Counted from the stretch's first letter, positions 47,891 to 60,753 are shown. The stretch: DNA of 64,000 nt from Chlorokybus atmophyticus (GCA_009103225.1 RHPI01002069.1:2318846-2382845), one strand, 5' to 3'. The notes: a model not told the origin generated them from the sequence alone. Numbers and translations are program-made.

Positions 47891-49954
47891 TCATTTGTTG
47901 GCAGCTTTTCGTTGCGAGCTCATGTAAGAAGCAAGCAAGCTTGCAGCGGCAAACACACCTGAATCGCTTAGCCGCTCTTCCTCAACGCCGGCAAGTGCTG
48001 TGTCTGCACCAGCTCCGATACTGTATTGCTTGCGAGCCTCGCGTAAGGTAGCTTCACACACACCTCGCGTCATAACTTCACGTCTCGGAGAGGGAGGAGG
48101 ATCAGGGTCTGCAATCTCCACGCGCACCGACTTCACAAATGAAGCTCGGTTTGCAACTTCTTTTTCAAGGACCATGAGCGTGTCCGGATGCTTAACACCC
48201 AGGGGAACGAAGAACACCTGGCCGACGATGCGATTGGCCTCAATATACGGCTCATCATCTTGCCTAAAAAATTTCTGCCTTTCGACCCAAAACCGCCCCG
48301 TGTCTGTTGTAGCTTGAACACCGTTCTCAAACGGCTTCTTGAACCACTTTACCCTGCACAATACCAGCTACAACAACAGCACATCAGCACGCGCACGCGT
48401 ACGCACACGTGCGCGTGTGCAACACGTCATGTATCAAAGTTGGTTTCTCATATGTTGACTATTGTGACGACATGTGAGCAACATAGCCTAGCACGGTGAT
48501 AGCTTACCTCAGTTCCGATAAAGGGGATAGCAAGAATCTCCAGCACCAGGCCCCAATAGGGTAGCGTCGCCCACTCGGGATGTCGATCTCCTTTGTGGCT
48601 CCGGAACTCACTGCGAAAGCCCGCTTCCACGCCGCAATCAAAGGTTAATTTGCCACGATCGAAGCGCGCGATGCGGTAGTGCTTGCCCTGGTAGTTCATG
48701 TGGGTGTACGCTTGACAGCTAGCAGGGCAGCCAATGAATGAATAATGCACATGATGTGCGATCAAAGCCTTGAACATCTTCCGGATACTGCATAAGGAAT
48801 GTAGCTGGGTCGAGATGTTGCAACTCCGGAGGGGTGCGCTTAGCTTTGCCGTGAGTACGCCGCAACTTGCGCCTCTTGTGTTCCCTGTCCTCGTTAACAG
48901 AGTCTAGCATACTGCACACGGCCAAGCAATATTCAGCCAGTAACCACCAAACACAACATTGTGCAATGCACTGGATGAGTGGGTTGTGTACTTACTCATG
49001 AAGCGTCTCAACGTCCTTGTTGTTGTTCTTGACGTATAGGTTAATCATACCAACTTCCTGCTCTGTTAGATTGCGTCGGCTTGGCGCACCCAACAACTCC
49101 GGAGTGTCGTGCAAAGGATCAACAAGAGTAACGCCAGCAAAGGGCCAGACCAACCTCAACGCCTTTGAGCCACACATATTAATCTCCTCCAGCTCTTGCG
49201 ACACAACAATGCTTGCTTCTGGAGCCTTGCGACTCGTGGCCTGCTTGCGGATGTGTTGCATACGGCGTTCAGCCCCAAACATCCATGTACCCCGTACAGG
49301 TCCGCAACGGCGTAGCTGCTGCGTTGAGTGCAGCACAAGATGAGTAGAAATAGTAAAGACAGATCTAGGGAAGTCTCGTTCAAGTAAGCACAACGCTTCC
49401 AACAAGTCCAGTTCCATGCCATCCAGTGCCGCTTGGCTCTTGGGTATCCATGGTGCGCTAATGCATGCTAGCGCATCGCAGAATTTTGTCAGCGTGGCGC
49501 GCTGCCTCGGTTGAAGCTTTCCAGTAATGACAGCTGGCAGCAGTATTGTACCTGCACGACTGAGCGCGTGAGTGCACGTGCATGCACATAAGAAAGCAGC
49601 GTCTAATAGCATGTACACATGAGCGACAGCTCGCATGAGTGCGTGTATGGTAGCGCGAGACAGAAAGCGAGACTGGCACAACACGTGCGCACGTGTCACG
49701 CGTGCGCACGCGTAGTGACTCAGTGACAGCTCGCATGAGTGCATGTATGTGTGGTAGTGAGAAAGAGAAAGAGAGAGTCTGACACAGCACATGCACGCGT
49801 GTGACAGTTCGCGTGCGTGCATGTGCGGGGAAGGAGGGAGAGAGAGAGAGTCTGGCACAGCACATGCGCACGCATGACAGCTCGCATGTGTGCATGTTCG
49901 GCGATGGAGACAGAGGGGGTCTGGTACAGCATATGCACATGCAAATGCTTGATA

Positions 49955-50044
<90 letters not shown>

Positions 50045-53000
50045 NNNNNNNNNNNNNNNNNNNNNNNNNNNNNNNNNNNNNNNNNNNNNNNNNNNNNNNN
50101 NNNNNNNNNNNNNNNNNNNNNNNNNNNNNNNNNNNNNNNNNNNNNNNNNNNNNNNNNNNNNNNNNNNNNNNNNNNNNNNNNNNNNNNNNNNNNNNNNNNN
50201 NNNNNNNNNNNNNNNNNNNNNNNNNNNNNNNNNNNNNNNNNNNNNNNNNNNNNNNNNNNNNNNNNNNNNNNNNNNNNNNNNNNNNNNNNNNNNNNNNNNN
50301 NNNNNNNNNNNNNNNNNNNNNNNNNNNNNNNNNNNNNNNNNNNNNNNNNNNNNNNNNNNNNNNNNNNNNNNNNNNNNNNNNNNNNNNNNNNNNNNNNNNN
50401 NNNNNNNNNNNNNNNNNNNNNNNNNNNNNNNNNNNNNNNNNNNNNNNNNNNNNNTCCAGTTTGCCGATTAGCTACTTTTCCATACCCTGGGTAGTCATGC
50501 AAGCATGCTATAAGCATAGCCTTCACGCGAAATTGCAACGGTAGATGGGCAGGCGGGTTAACATCCACAACTTCAACACCGCGATGCCATAACACCAACA
50601 GCTCTTGTACCAGCGGAAGTAAATACGTTTGTAGAACTTGCGGCTCAGCAGGACCTACGCACGCATGTGTATCAATGCATATATGAAGCAAAGCACATTT
50701 GCATATCCATTTTACTGCTGCCGAAGTGCTTACCCGGGATGACACCAATGGTCCACATGTACTCTGTCTTGAAAGTCAGCCACGGAGGAAGGTTGTAGCA
50801 GAAAACTGTCAAGGGCCAGACCGTGTACGAGCTCTGCGCTGATGGTCCTCGCTTGAAGGGGTTAACCCCATCAGTCGTGAATCCAAGCCTCAGATGACGT
50901 GGGTCCTCACGAAACTCAGCATAGCTTGCCTCAAGCTCAAACCACGTTGGGGAGTCATGAATGCTACGCATCCACTCATCAGCAAAACGGTTTGTGGCAT
51001 GCGCAGTCAGCTTGCTGGAAAAGTCTTGCAAGCGAAAGGCTCGCTTGATGCGCGGAATTAATGGCAGATAGTGGAACACTTTCTTGGGCGTCAGGACACT
51101 TGAACGCGACGATTGTGCTTTGTACCTGGCAAGCGTTAAGGAGTTAAGCAAGTGGTTGCATTTGCCAGCCAGAAGGGTGAGATACATACGCAGTAGTTTG
51201 GTTTGCAAGCTCTACATGCACTCTCCGCCATGGCATATAGCACTTGCCTTGATGAAAGGAAGCTGGGGCAGTGTTGTGTGTCTGCGTGCGCTCCCCAAAA
51301 AAGCGTGCAGTCATTCTCACATACATCAATGCGTTGTGCCGGCAGTCCCATATGACGGAGGACACGCAGAAGGTGATGCTTATTATGAGGCAACTTGTTG
51401 CCATGTGGTAGCATGCGCTCATGCAGCAGTGCGGATAGGCGATCAAGATCAGCTGCACTGGAAGTGCCCTTCACTTTGAAGTCCAACAACAGTAAAGCAG
51501 CCATTTCGACTGTCAAGTCACTACCTGGAAACAGCGCCTCTTGCTGCATGTGCGATAGATCCTCGCAAAACGTGTCCACATCTGCCTCCCTTGCTTCAAC
51601 CTCATCTAGGAAGTCAAGTTCATTGACCTCCACTCCACCACTGTTTTCACTAATGTCCGAAGTTGCATGTTCAACGTCCGTTTCAACCGCTTCAGCAATC
51701 ATGCTGCGCAACAGGGACAATGTGTTGATGGATAGAGAGGGAGGGTCTGGGTTGGAAAACTGCGGTTTATCACCAACAATCACGCACAATACCTGTCTAC
51801 CCACGAACTTGTGGGCAGCGCTGCTGGCTCTTCTTCCCATGTGTTGCTGGAAACATCCGCTGCGTGATGCTGCACGGTCTCTTGTACATTCACCTCGACA
51901 GTAGCCGCGGGCGCATTGTATACTTCCACATTGTAGCTTGCCTGCCATGCACGTGTAAGCCTCTGGGTTCTATGTGTTTTGTACACTTATGCAGTCATTT
52001 CAACAAACACTGTGCGCGCGCGCTCGCGATGGCATTGTGTGTCGCACAATTAGCTCGCACCAGCCACATGTCATAACTTAATGGATTGGTGCTGCCTTAC
52101 CTGGTGATGCACCTGCTGGTGTTGCCCGCCAGCACTGACATGGTTGGACTGCGGTACACAATCTTAAGGAGGATCTCAAGGAGGTTCAATGCGTGCCAAT
52201 GCTGTGTTCTGATGAAATAGACATAATCTATTGCATACACGATGCTGGCACAATCTGCAGTGCAACAGCAGCAACGCTTACCATGCGTCCATACTTTTGA
52301 AAATGTCGAGTTTGTGTGCGCACGTTGACTGGTGTCGGCTGAAGCCCTTGACAAGTGTTGCAAGCGCAGTACACTTCATCATGCTTGCAGTCGCGACGGA
52401 AAGGTTGCATGCTTGCAATGTCTTTGGCGCACAGCTCTGGCATGCACACGTGAGTTATAGTAGATGAGACGCTTGCTCCTTGCCATGCATTCAGACGTAT
52501 ATTANTTAAGGAGCTACCACCAAAGTGCGATGGATAGCGCATGGGCCTCCATGTCCTGCGTATGTCATCGATCTCATCCGCCATGAACACGTATGGCGCA
52601 GGTGGCTTCGTGACATATTCTTTCCTTTTTTTGTTGGTTTTCATAATCGGCCACAATTCCTCATGAATTCCTTGCTCCATAAGATCGTACCTGCAAGCCA
52701 CACATGAGCATGCATAGTCATGTACACGGCACAAAGAGTGTAAGGGAGCTGCATCAATGTAATAACCTCAACTTGCCTGTCTTTAACGTCGTCTCCNCAG
52801 ATAGCATGCCTGCACAGCAACAAACCACTGAGCGCTGCGGCTGTGTGGGCCTTGAATAGCACATAGGGCTGTAAATTATTACACACATGTGCTGTCTAGG
52901 AATTCTGAGATGACATGGCTGCATAGCAACAAACTATAGAGCGCACCTTGCCGTTGGACAGCAAGCAGCGCAGCAATTGCTGCGCTGCTTGCTGTCCAAC

Positions 53001-55005
53001 GGCAANGGCGTTATCGGCGCTGGTGGTGGCTGCAGCTCGTGACTGCCCCACTCCATGCTGGTTCGGAAAGGGTGGTTGAGGGGTAAAAACTGACGGTGCT
53101 TGCAGAAGACGCACTTCCTTAGCCATGGCATGTACTCCCCCTTGAAGTAGGGCCCACATATGACACATGCAACTTGTCCTCCAGTTTGCCGATTAGCTAC
53201 TTTTCCATACCCTGGGTAGTCATGCAAGCATGCTATAAGCATAGCCTTCACGCGAAATTGCAACGGTAGATGGGCAGGCGGGTTAACATCCACAACTTCA
53301 ACACCGCGATGCCATAACACCAACAGCTCTTGTACCAGCGGAAGTAAATACGTTTGTAGAACTTGCGGCTCAGCAGGACCTACGCACGCATGTGTATCAA
53401 TGCATATATGAAGCAAAGCACATTTGCATATCCATTTTACTGCTGCCGAAGTGCTTACCCGGGATGACACCNATTGACCTTCTCCCAGCTCCCGCCGCCG
53501 CCCGCGACCTCCGCCGCTGCTAGGTTAGCGACCTGCTGAGTAAACCCTAAGTTAAGCAACAATGCAATTCATGGCAGCTGTAGCTCACTGCAATTTAATG
53601 GCAGCCTGCCCAGAACGGAGGGCTCAGCTGCAGCGCTAAGTATAAAGGCAGCTGGTCTCCGTCCATGCAAGGAGCTGCAGTTGCTTTGCGCGGGGTTGGT
53701 GTTGCCGGTGGTGAGAGGTGTTAGCCGGCAGCATGGCTCAGCGCATGAGCCTGGAGGAAGCTAGATTCGTTGTCGCAAACGTCAGCAAGTTGTCCAGCAG
53801 CTTGTCGCCTAGCAAGCTAGAGAGTGCTAAGCGGCTTCTAGAGGAAGAGGAGCGCAGCAAGCAAGAAAGAGCCCGCTTTCAGCAAACTGACATGCACTTC
53901 AGGCAAGACTGCCCCAGCTACACTCCTGCGCGCCCGCCAGCAACTGCTGGCGCAACAGCCATGCCGCCTGCAGCTGCACGCAAGCATAAAAGCCACCAAT
54001 CAGGTACTGGTACTGTTGCTTGGTTGAAACGCAACTTGCTNAAACGGTTTGTGGCATGCGCAGTCAGCTTGCTGGAAAAGTCTTGCAAGCGAAAGGCTCG
54101 CTTGATGCGCGGAATTAATGGCAGATAGTGGAACACTTTCTTGGGCGTCAGGACACTTGAACGCGACGATTGTGCTTTGTACCTGGCAAGCGTTAAGGAG
54201 TTAAGCAAGTGGTTGCATTTGCCAGCCAGAAGGGTGAGATACATACGCAGTAGTTTGGTTTGCAAGCTCTACATGCACTCTCCACCATGGCATATAGCAC
54301 TTGCCTTGATGAAAGGCAGATGGGGCAGTGTTGTGTGTCTGCGTGCGCTCCCCCAAAAAGCGTGCAGTCATTCTCACATACATCAATGCGTTGTGCCGGC
54401 AGTCCCATATGACGGAGGACACGCAGAAGGTGATGCTTATTATGAGGCAACTTGTTGCCATGTGGTAGCATGCGCTCATGCAGCAGTGCGGATAGGCGAT
54501 CAAGATCAGCTGCACTGGAAGTGCCCTTCACTTTGAAGTCCAACAACAGTAAAGCAGCCATCTCGACTGTCAAGTCACTACCTGGAAACAGCGCCTCTTG
54601 CTGCATGTGCGATAGATCCTCGCAAAACGTGTCCACATCTGCCTCCCTTGCTTCAACCTCATCTAGGAAGTCAAGTTCATTGACCTCCACTCCACCACTG
54701 TTTTCACTAATGTCAGAAGTTGCATGTTCAACGTCCGTTTCAACCGCTTCAGCAATCATGCTGCGCAACAGGGAAAATGTGTTGATAGATAGAGAGGGAG
54801 GGTCTGGGTTGGAAAACTGCGGTTTATCACCAACAATCACGCACAATACCTGTCTACCCACGAACTTGTGGGCAGCGCTGCTGGCTCTTCTTCCCATGTG
54901 TTGCTGGAAACATCCGCTGCGTGATGCTGCACGGTCTCCTGTACATTCACCTCGACAGTAGCCGCGGGCGCATTGTATACTTCCACATTGTGGCTTGCCT
55001 GCCAT
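47891..55005 (-). CDS. Intron-containing CACTA TnpD/TNP2-type transposase; N-terminal part present twice and the middle disordered by assembly
   Basis: N-terminus LPHGNKLP...IDVCENDC...CPICLSSR; Transposase_21-like FHYLPLIPRIKR, HDSPTW, LGFTTDGVNPF, CYNLPPW, IACLHDYPGYG, ACVICG; DUF4218-like FPRSVFTISTHLVLH, GPVRGTWMFGAER; DUF4216-like YWGLVLEI, VKWF, DEPYIEA...QVFFV. Confidence 0.9.
49620..50044. repeat. Degenerate ~75-100-bp tandem minisatellite followed by a (GA)n tract, in a transposase intron
   Basis: Four recurrences of (G/T)GACAG(C/T)TCGC...GAGAGA.TCTG.CACAGCAC, then about 85 bp of GA repeat running into the N gap. Confidence 0.75.
50045..50454. other. Assembly gap of 410 N; further single-N joins at 52505, 52797, 53006, 53472, 54041, 55474 and 57414
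   Basis: Direct read. Confidence 0.98.
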
Positions 55006-55609
55006 GCACGTGTAAGCCTCTGGGTTCTATGTGTTTTGTACACTTATGCAGTCATTCCAACAAACACTGTGCGCGCGCGCTCGCGATGGCATTGTGTGTC
55101 GCACAATTAGCTCGCACCAGCCACATGTCATAACTTAATGGATTGGTGCTGCCTTACCTGGTGATGCACCTGCTGGTGTTGCCCGCCAGCACTGACATGG
55201 TTGGACTGCGGTACACAATCTTAAGGAGGATCTCAAGGAGGTTCAATGCGTGCCAATGCTGTGTTCTGATGAAATAGACATAATCTATTGCATACACGAT
55301 GCTGGCACAATCTGCAGTGCAACAGCAGCAACGCTTACCATGCGTCCATACTTTTGAAAATGTCGAGTTTGTGTGCGCACGTTGACTGGTGTCGGCTGAA
55401 GCCCTTGACAAGTGTTGCAAGCGCAGTACACTTCATCATGCTTGCAGTCGCGACGGAAAGGTTGCATGCTTGCNAGACTGCCCCAGCTACACTCCTGCGC
55501 GCCCGCCAGCAACTGCTGGCGCAACAGCCATGCCGCCTGCAGCTGCACGCAAGCATGAAAGCCACCAATCAGGTACTGGTACTGTTGCTTGGTTGAAACG
55601 CAACTTGCT
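50455..55609. repeat. Near-identical duplicated blocks: 50455-50746=53180-53471, 50985-52416=54042-55473 and 53906-54040=55475-55609
   Basis: Each duplicate abuts an N join or the gap, and copies differ by only a few SNPs (e.g. CPSFLSSR vs CPICLSSR). Confidence 0.9.
53542..53647 (+). promoter_or_regulatory. Telo-box and TATA-like box upstream of the CACTA second gene
   Basis: AAACCCTAA at 53542-53550 and TATAAAG at 53641, about 90 bp upstream of ATG 53733. Confidence 0.45.
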
Positions 55610-57546
55610 GGTTGTGCAATGTACAGCATAACCATTGAGCTTTCACATGCTGCTTGTTGCTTAGCGTTCATTGCTATGGTCACATTGTGAGTGCAATGCA
55701 TGCATGCACGCATCCATGTGACAGTAGCTATAGCAGTGCACAGCATTACCATTGTGCTTTCACATGCTTGTTGCTTAGCGTTCATTGCTACTGTCACATG
55801 GATGCGTGCATGCATGTGACAATATGAACGCATTACTCAAGCAGATGAGCCAGCTGCAAGCAACCACGTCGTGAACGCAAATGCTTGGGGCCAGCTTGAC
55901 CAGGTAAGTGGCAAGCTTCTGACCTGTTGCAGGCTGGTGCTCAGTGTTCTGGCAAACCAACTCCTATGGTCAATGGCATGCAGAAGCGGACAGCCATTGC
56001 GCAGATGCTTGCAACTGCTCAGCCACACACATCGATTGCTGAGTGCGGAGAGCAAGTGTACGAGAGCGCTATGAGGGTGAGCACTGGTCAAGTGTGCGTG
56101 AAAGTACAACCACCAGTTGCTATTATGTTTATCACTTGTTGCTTGCGTGCAGGCTAGATGCAGAGCGTTCCGGGACGCGTTTCTCAAATCAGGAACTCGT
56201 TTGTCACAGCAAAGTGGGGGACTGGTGGAAGTAATTCTCAGGTAGACATATGCAACTGCAAAGGCTGTAACGCTTTATCTTGCTCCGAGTCAGTCCTTCT
56301 GAGTCAGTCCTTGCTTTCCAACTTGCAGGGTCTTGGAAGCAGAGTTCCCTGAGTATGATCAGGAGAAACTGAAAATCTACTTCCGTGGGTCTATGACAAA
56401 TCGAGACCATTACAGAAAGCGCAAGGTGAGTCTTGCAGTCTTGCAATGGAGGTTGTGGATCTCACATACGGCAGAGCAACGCCTGATTGCAACGTTACTT
56501 TGAGCCTCATGTGTGCTGATCATGAGCATGCATTGCTTGTGCCTTGCAGTCTCCAGGTTATGTGGTGAAGAAGCGCGAGAAGGACACAACCCCAAGCACA
56601 GCCACCACGCCACCAACACGCGAGGAGCATTCAACTCAGCACGCAGCGGCAGCCAAGCCAACAGGACCGAAGCGGCAGCAGCAGAAGCATGCAACTCAGC
56701 AACAAACACCAAGTCAAGCTCAGGTATTTTAGCATGCAACGTTGCTTGTGATTAGGCTGCAACCCCCTCGGGCAACATTAGTACTTAACGGTCACGCAAC
56801 GTTAAGTGACAGAGTGAATGTTTGCGCTGAAGGTGATTGGTTGACGGTTACATGTGGCTCATATAGGATCCGGAGCCTCCTGCAGCTGAAAAAGTGCGCC
56901 CATCCAAAAGGCGGGCAGTCGCTAAGGACTCAATGAGAGCTGCTGGCACCGGCTCACCGAGGCCAGCATGTGATGGTGCAATGCATCAGCCACATAGCCC
57001 ATCCGACAGTTTGGACGAGGAGCTACTTGATGTAGGTGTAACAAACCGCTTGTGCTACTTGCAATCACTGTTGCGTCACTTGTACTCACTCTGTGAGTGA
57101 CTACAAGTATTGAGAATAGGCGTTAGCAATACCTCTCCTTATTACAGGTGGCGGCAAAAGCTCACGGTGCGCAGCGTGAGCATGCTGAGAAAGTACATCT
57201 GTGGCTTAAGACCGGACAAAAACCCGTGGCTATCGCACGCCGTTGTACGGACGCACTGAGCGCAAGCGTTCACAATCACAAGCTTGCTAAAGGTACGCTT
57301 GCTTGAGGTTGCTCGTTTCTCCATCTGCGAGCTGAGCTGAGTTGTATGCTTCAAGCACTCGAGTTCCTTGTTTGCTGAAACCGTTGGCACATATTGCAGG
57401 AGAAGTGGCCGTANGAGGAGAAGTGGCCGTGTGGCTTGATGAAGTGTTGCAGGCGAGTGCGAAGCTCCCGATCAAGCTTGGTGATTGGTGGAAGTTAAAG
57501 GAAGTGGAGCTGGGCAGTCGCATCGCATGGCCGCTCCCTTGCATTG
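53733..57546 (+). CDS. CACTA second gene, TnpA/Tnp1-like with a C-terminal DUF8039/Transposase_23-like domain; multi-exon, 3' end not resolved
   Basis: Spliced frame from MAQRMSLEEARF... through exons near 55842-55903, 55933-56076, 56152-56241, 56328-56424 and 56550-56723 to KVHLWLKTGQKPVAIA...VHNHKLAKGEVAVWLDEVLQASAKLPIKLGDWWKLKEVELGSRIAWP. The family call is made by eye. Confidence 0.65.
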
Positions 57547-57558
57547 GTAAGTGGTTGC

Positions 57559-57720
57559 ATGCAACCAAGCACTACTTGCAAGTCATGCTCTGATGGATAT
57601 GTGTGTCTAACATGCTTGCACATTGCAGCGCCGTTGAACATGCAACCAAGCACTACTTGCAAGTCATGCTCTGATGGATATGTGTGTCTAACATGCTTGC
57701 ACATTGCAGCGCCGTTGAAC
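57559..57720. repeat. Perfect 81-bp tandem duplication
   Basis: 57559-57639 is repeated at 57640-57720, visible in the ORF track as MQPSTTCKSCSDGYVCLTCLHIAAPLN x2. Confidence 0.95.
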
Positions 57721-58510
57721 ATGGTGCGTCATGCGGCATGTGACGGTGCGGGCTGCTCGGTTTGCGAGCAAGGGTTTAAGGAGAAAAGCAAAAGCGTCCA
57801 GCGAGGCCCTGGCAGTGCGCGGGGCCGCTCTCGTAGGTAGGTGCACAGCTCTGGAGGGTAGCATGCAGCACTAGTTCTACTTGCAGCGCATTGCTGGCTT
57901 AGAATAGCAGACAGCAGCTCGAGAGACATTGTAGTAGAAGTCAGCATTGATTCGCTGACATGTAACGTGGTTGTCATGGGTTGTGGTGTGCATAGCAGCT
58001 CCCCATGCATGACTGCAAATGTACGCGTCTCACGTTCAGTGCCATGCTATAGTGCATGCGACAAGCCTATGACCTACGTTCACGCATTGTTGTCTCAAAT
58101 CAGCATGCTGGCAGCACGTATCAAACTGGAACGACTTGGACTCACACGATGCAGTCTCACAATCAGCATGCATCGCGTGTGTTCAAGCTGCATGCTGGCG
58201 TAAACACATACACATGTATTTGGAAATGCGATTGCCAAGTCAGTCTTTTACATCTTACAACCAAGCAAGCATAGCTCATTATAAGTAGCTACTTGCAGCC
58301 GCTTACAACTTATCCCAAGCCATATGGAGCTGAGTTTCAGCTGCTCCAGCGCGTACCTCCTTTGTCGTGTGATGCGTTAACATCAAACAGCAATGTTGTG
58401 CTTTAAGATGGACATTTCAAGATGTAAAACGTCAGACTTTTGTGACTGGATTTTGGTGCCTTACATCCACTTTTCAGATGTCTTAATGCAGCAAGAATTT
58501 TGTAGCATGC

Positions 58511-60753
58511 AGCCTACCGCCCCCAGCCGTACCAGCTGCAGCTTCTGGCATTGACGCAGCAGAAGGACTGGAAGGCGACGCATCAGTTGATTAGCGTGGT
58601 TGAGCAGGCGCAGCTCTTACCAAGAAACGCTCCAGAGCTTGTTGTTGAAGTCTGCCTCCCCTCCATGCACCTGCTGCTCCAGCGAGACCCGAAGCACCAG
58701 GCGAGGGGTTGAGATGAGCATCAGCTTGCACCCCCGGCAGCTGGAGAGAAGAAGTCTGCATGGGCTCTGTGTCCGACCGAAGCAGACACTGGCTCTGCTG
58801 CCAGTCAATCAGACGTTGGAGAAGAGCCGTCTCAGGGAGGAAGATCTGCCAGCCGCGCGGGCTTGGAGTTGTGCCTCCCACTCCAGCAAGGTTAGTAAAC
58901 GCTGAGCATCTGCAGCTGCAGGGGAGAGCGGGAAAGGCGTAGCCGATACAACAATGGGCAACAAGTAAATAAGATTTGCCTTTTCATTTGCCCGGACCAA
59001 AAGCAAACTGCATATGCTCGAATGCCGAGGAGATCTCCAAGTCTTCCTCCTCCGTGTTCAAAGGAAAAACCTACCGCTTCCAAGCTGTCACTGATCTGAG
59101 CGTGAAGCCATGACAACGGGGACACGGGCTTGTCTTGAGGAGGGAGGAGCCTGGCAACACGCACGCCGGACGTCTGCCCTGCGTCGGACAGCAGCACCCT
59201 GGCCAGACCCTCACCGTGGCTAAGACGATGCGCATCAACAAGTGGTGCTACGAAAACAGTGTTGAGAGCAGCCTCTCCCAACGCCAGGCCCGCATCAGCC
59301 AGCACCGTGAAAACCACTCCAGCAGCTAGGGGGGGACCGCACCAGCGCTGACAGGATGAGAAGGGTGAAGAGGAGACATAAGCCGAGCTGCCTCACGCTC
59401 ATCCTCCTCCACCATGTCGTACCATGATGTTGCCTGGGTGGAGGTCGGCGCAGCAGGCATGAGCCATTGTGTAAACGAGGACGGGGGAGGAGCCAGGGGC
59501 CTAGCTTGCTGGCTGCTGCCGCGGGATTTGCACGCCACCACCTGCCATTCTCCTGCCATGCCGGGGGAGGGGGGGGGGGGGGGGGNGACAGGCTCGGGGG
59601 GAGGGCCCTCAGCAACACTGGCAGCAACGGAGGGGCGGGTCACTTGAGAACTAGGCTGGACAACACCACCTGGGAGAGAGGGAGCACCTGCCAGCGCTGG
59701 AGGGACCTGCACTTGTGCAACGCCAGCTTGCCCCACCTCCTTGTTGGCTGGGTTGCGGGGACAACGACAACGAGTGTGTCCGGGCTGCGCACAAAGATGG
59801 CACACCACAGGGGAGGCCGAGGTAACGATGTTAACAGTGTATGTGAGACAGTGCCCTGCACTCCTCATCCTGCAAGAAAGCTTGGGGGGGGAGAGTCACA
59901 CCTTGATGGGGGAAAGCGGTAGCGTGTAGTTGCTGTCTGGAACGGAGAGGTGGAACAGGTTTGCTGGTTAGGAATAGCCGGACCCAAAGCTCCGAAGTGT
60001 TGAATAGCAGCACGGGCGAAAGGAAGCTCCGGTCACATGCCAAGGTAGGATCCACGAACGTGAAGCCGATGCATCCTCCCAATGAAGCACACGAACACAG
60101 CTACCACTTGGGGGGGGAGGGGNGAGCAGTTGCTGTTGTGCCTTAGCATAGATCTGCTCAACACCTAGAGCAGAGTAAGAAAAACATTGAAACTCTCCGG
60201 GGGAAGAAGGAATGGGAAAAACTGAGGACAACAAACTCCCCTCCTGGGCATCCGCGCAAACAGACCGCAGCCATGCTAGTCGCACATTGCTGGTTGATGA
60301 CAGAGCGAGAGTGAAATCAAAGATGAATATTATTGCACGCGCATGCAATGTGTGCTGCCATTGATCAAATGCATCCACGGGAATAGTAAACTCAAGGTGC
60401 GAGAGAGCACCCTCCGAAGGAGAGAAGAGCAACAAAGACGTGCAAGAAGCAATAACAGCAGAGAGGCACTCAGCTATGGGCAAGAGGCCCCTGGTGGGAG
60501 CCCCTGCAGGCTTGGTGGTAGTGCCTGGACGCAGGTGAGGCACGGGTGCCTTTCAGGCCAGACCAGCGGCTGCAGGGGGAGCCACGGCCTAGTGAGTGGA
60601 GGTCATCTCCTGCGGCGGAGCTGCAGGGATTGAAGCTAGCGTGCGGGCTGTCGGGGAGGGGTGGTCGTCCATCGCCTCCTCCTCAGCTGCCGCCATCGGG
60701 AACTGACCAGCGGCCTGGCCAACGGCTTGGTCAACGGTCCGGTCTTTGGCCAT
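58511..60753 (-). pseudogene. 5' part of LINE ORF1 (gag-like, CCHC zinc knuckle) with in-frame stops
   Basis: Starts MAKDRTVDQAVGQ at 60753; knuckle CHLCAQPGHTRCRCP (CX2CX4HX4C); Pro/Ala-rich C-terminal part. Confidence 0.82.

Larger units (their letters stand above)
46798..58507. mobile_element. CACTA (En/Spm) DNA transposon, about 11.7 kb as assembled
   Basis: Left end CACTACAAAAT at 46798 and right end ATTTTGTAGCA at 58507 (terminal 33 bp 22/33 identical). 3-bp TSD TGC at 46795-46797 and 58508-58510. Subterminal CATCTT/AAGATG repeats at both ends; encodes a TNP2-type transposase. Confidence 0.9.

Noticed and set aside
56205-56226. KVGDWWK repeat of the KLGDWWK motif
   Set aside because: It is out of frame with the splice-compatible reading of that exon.
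57559-57720. Tandem repeat as a CRISPR-like array
   Set aside because: No spacers, and the context is eukaryotic.
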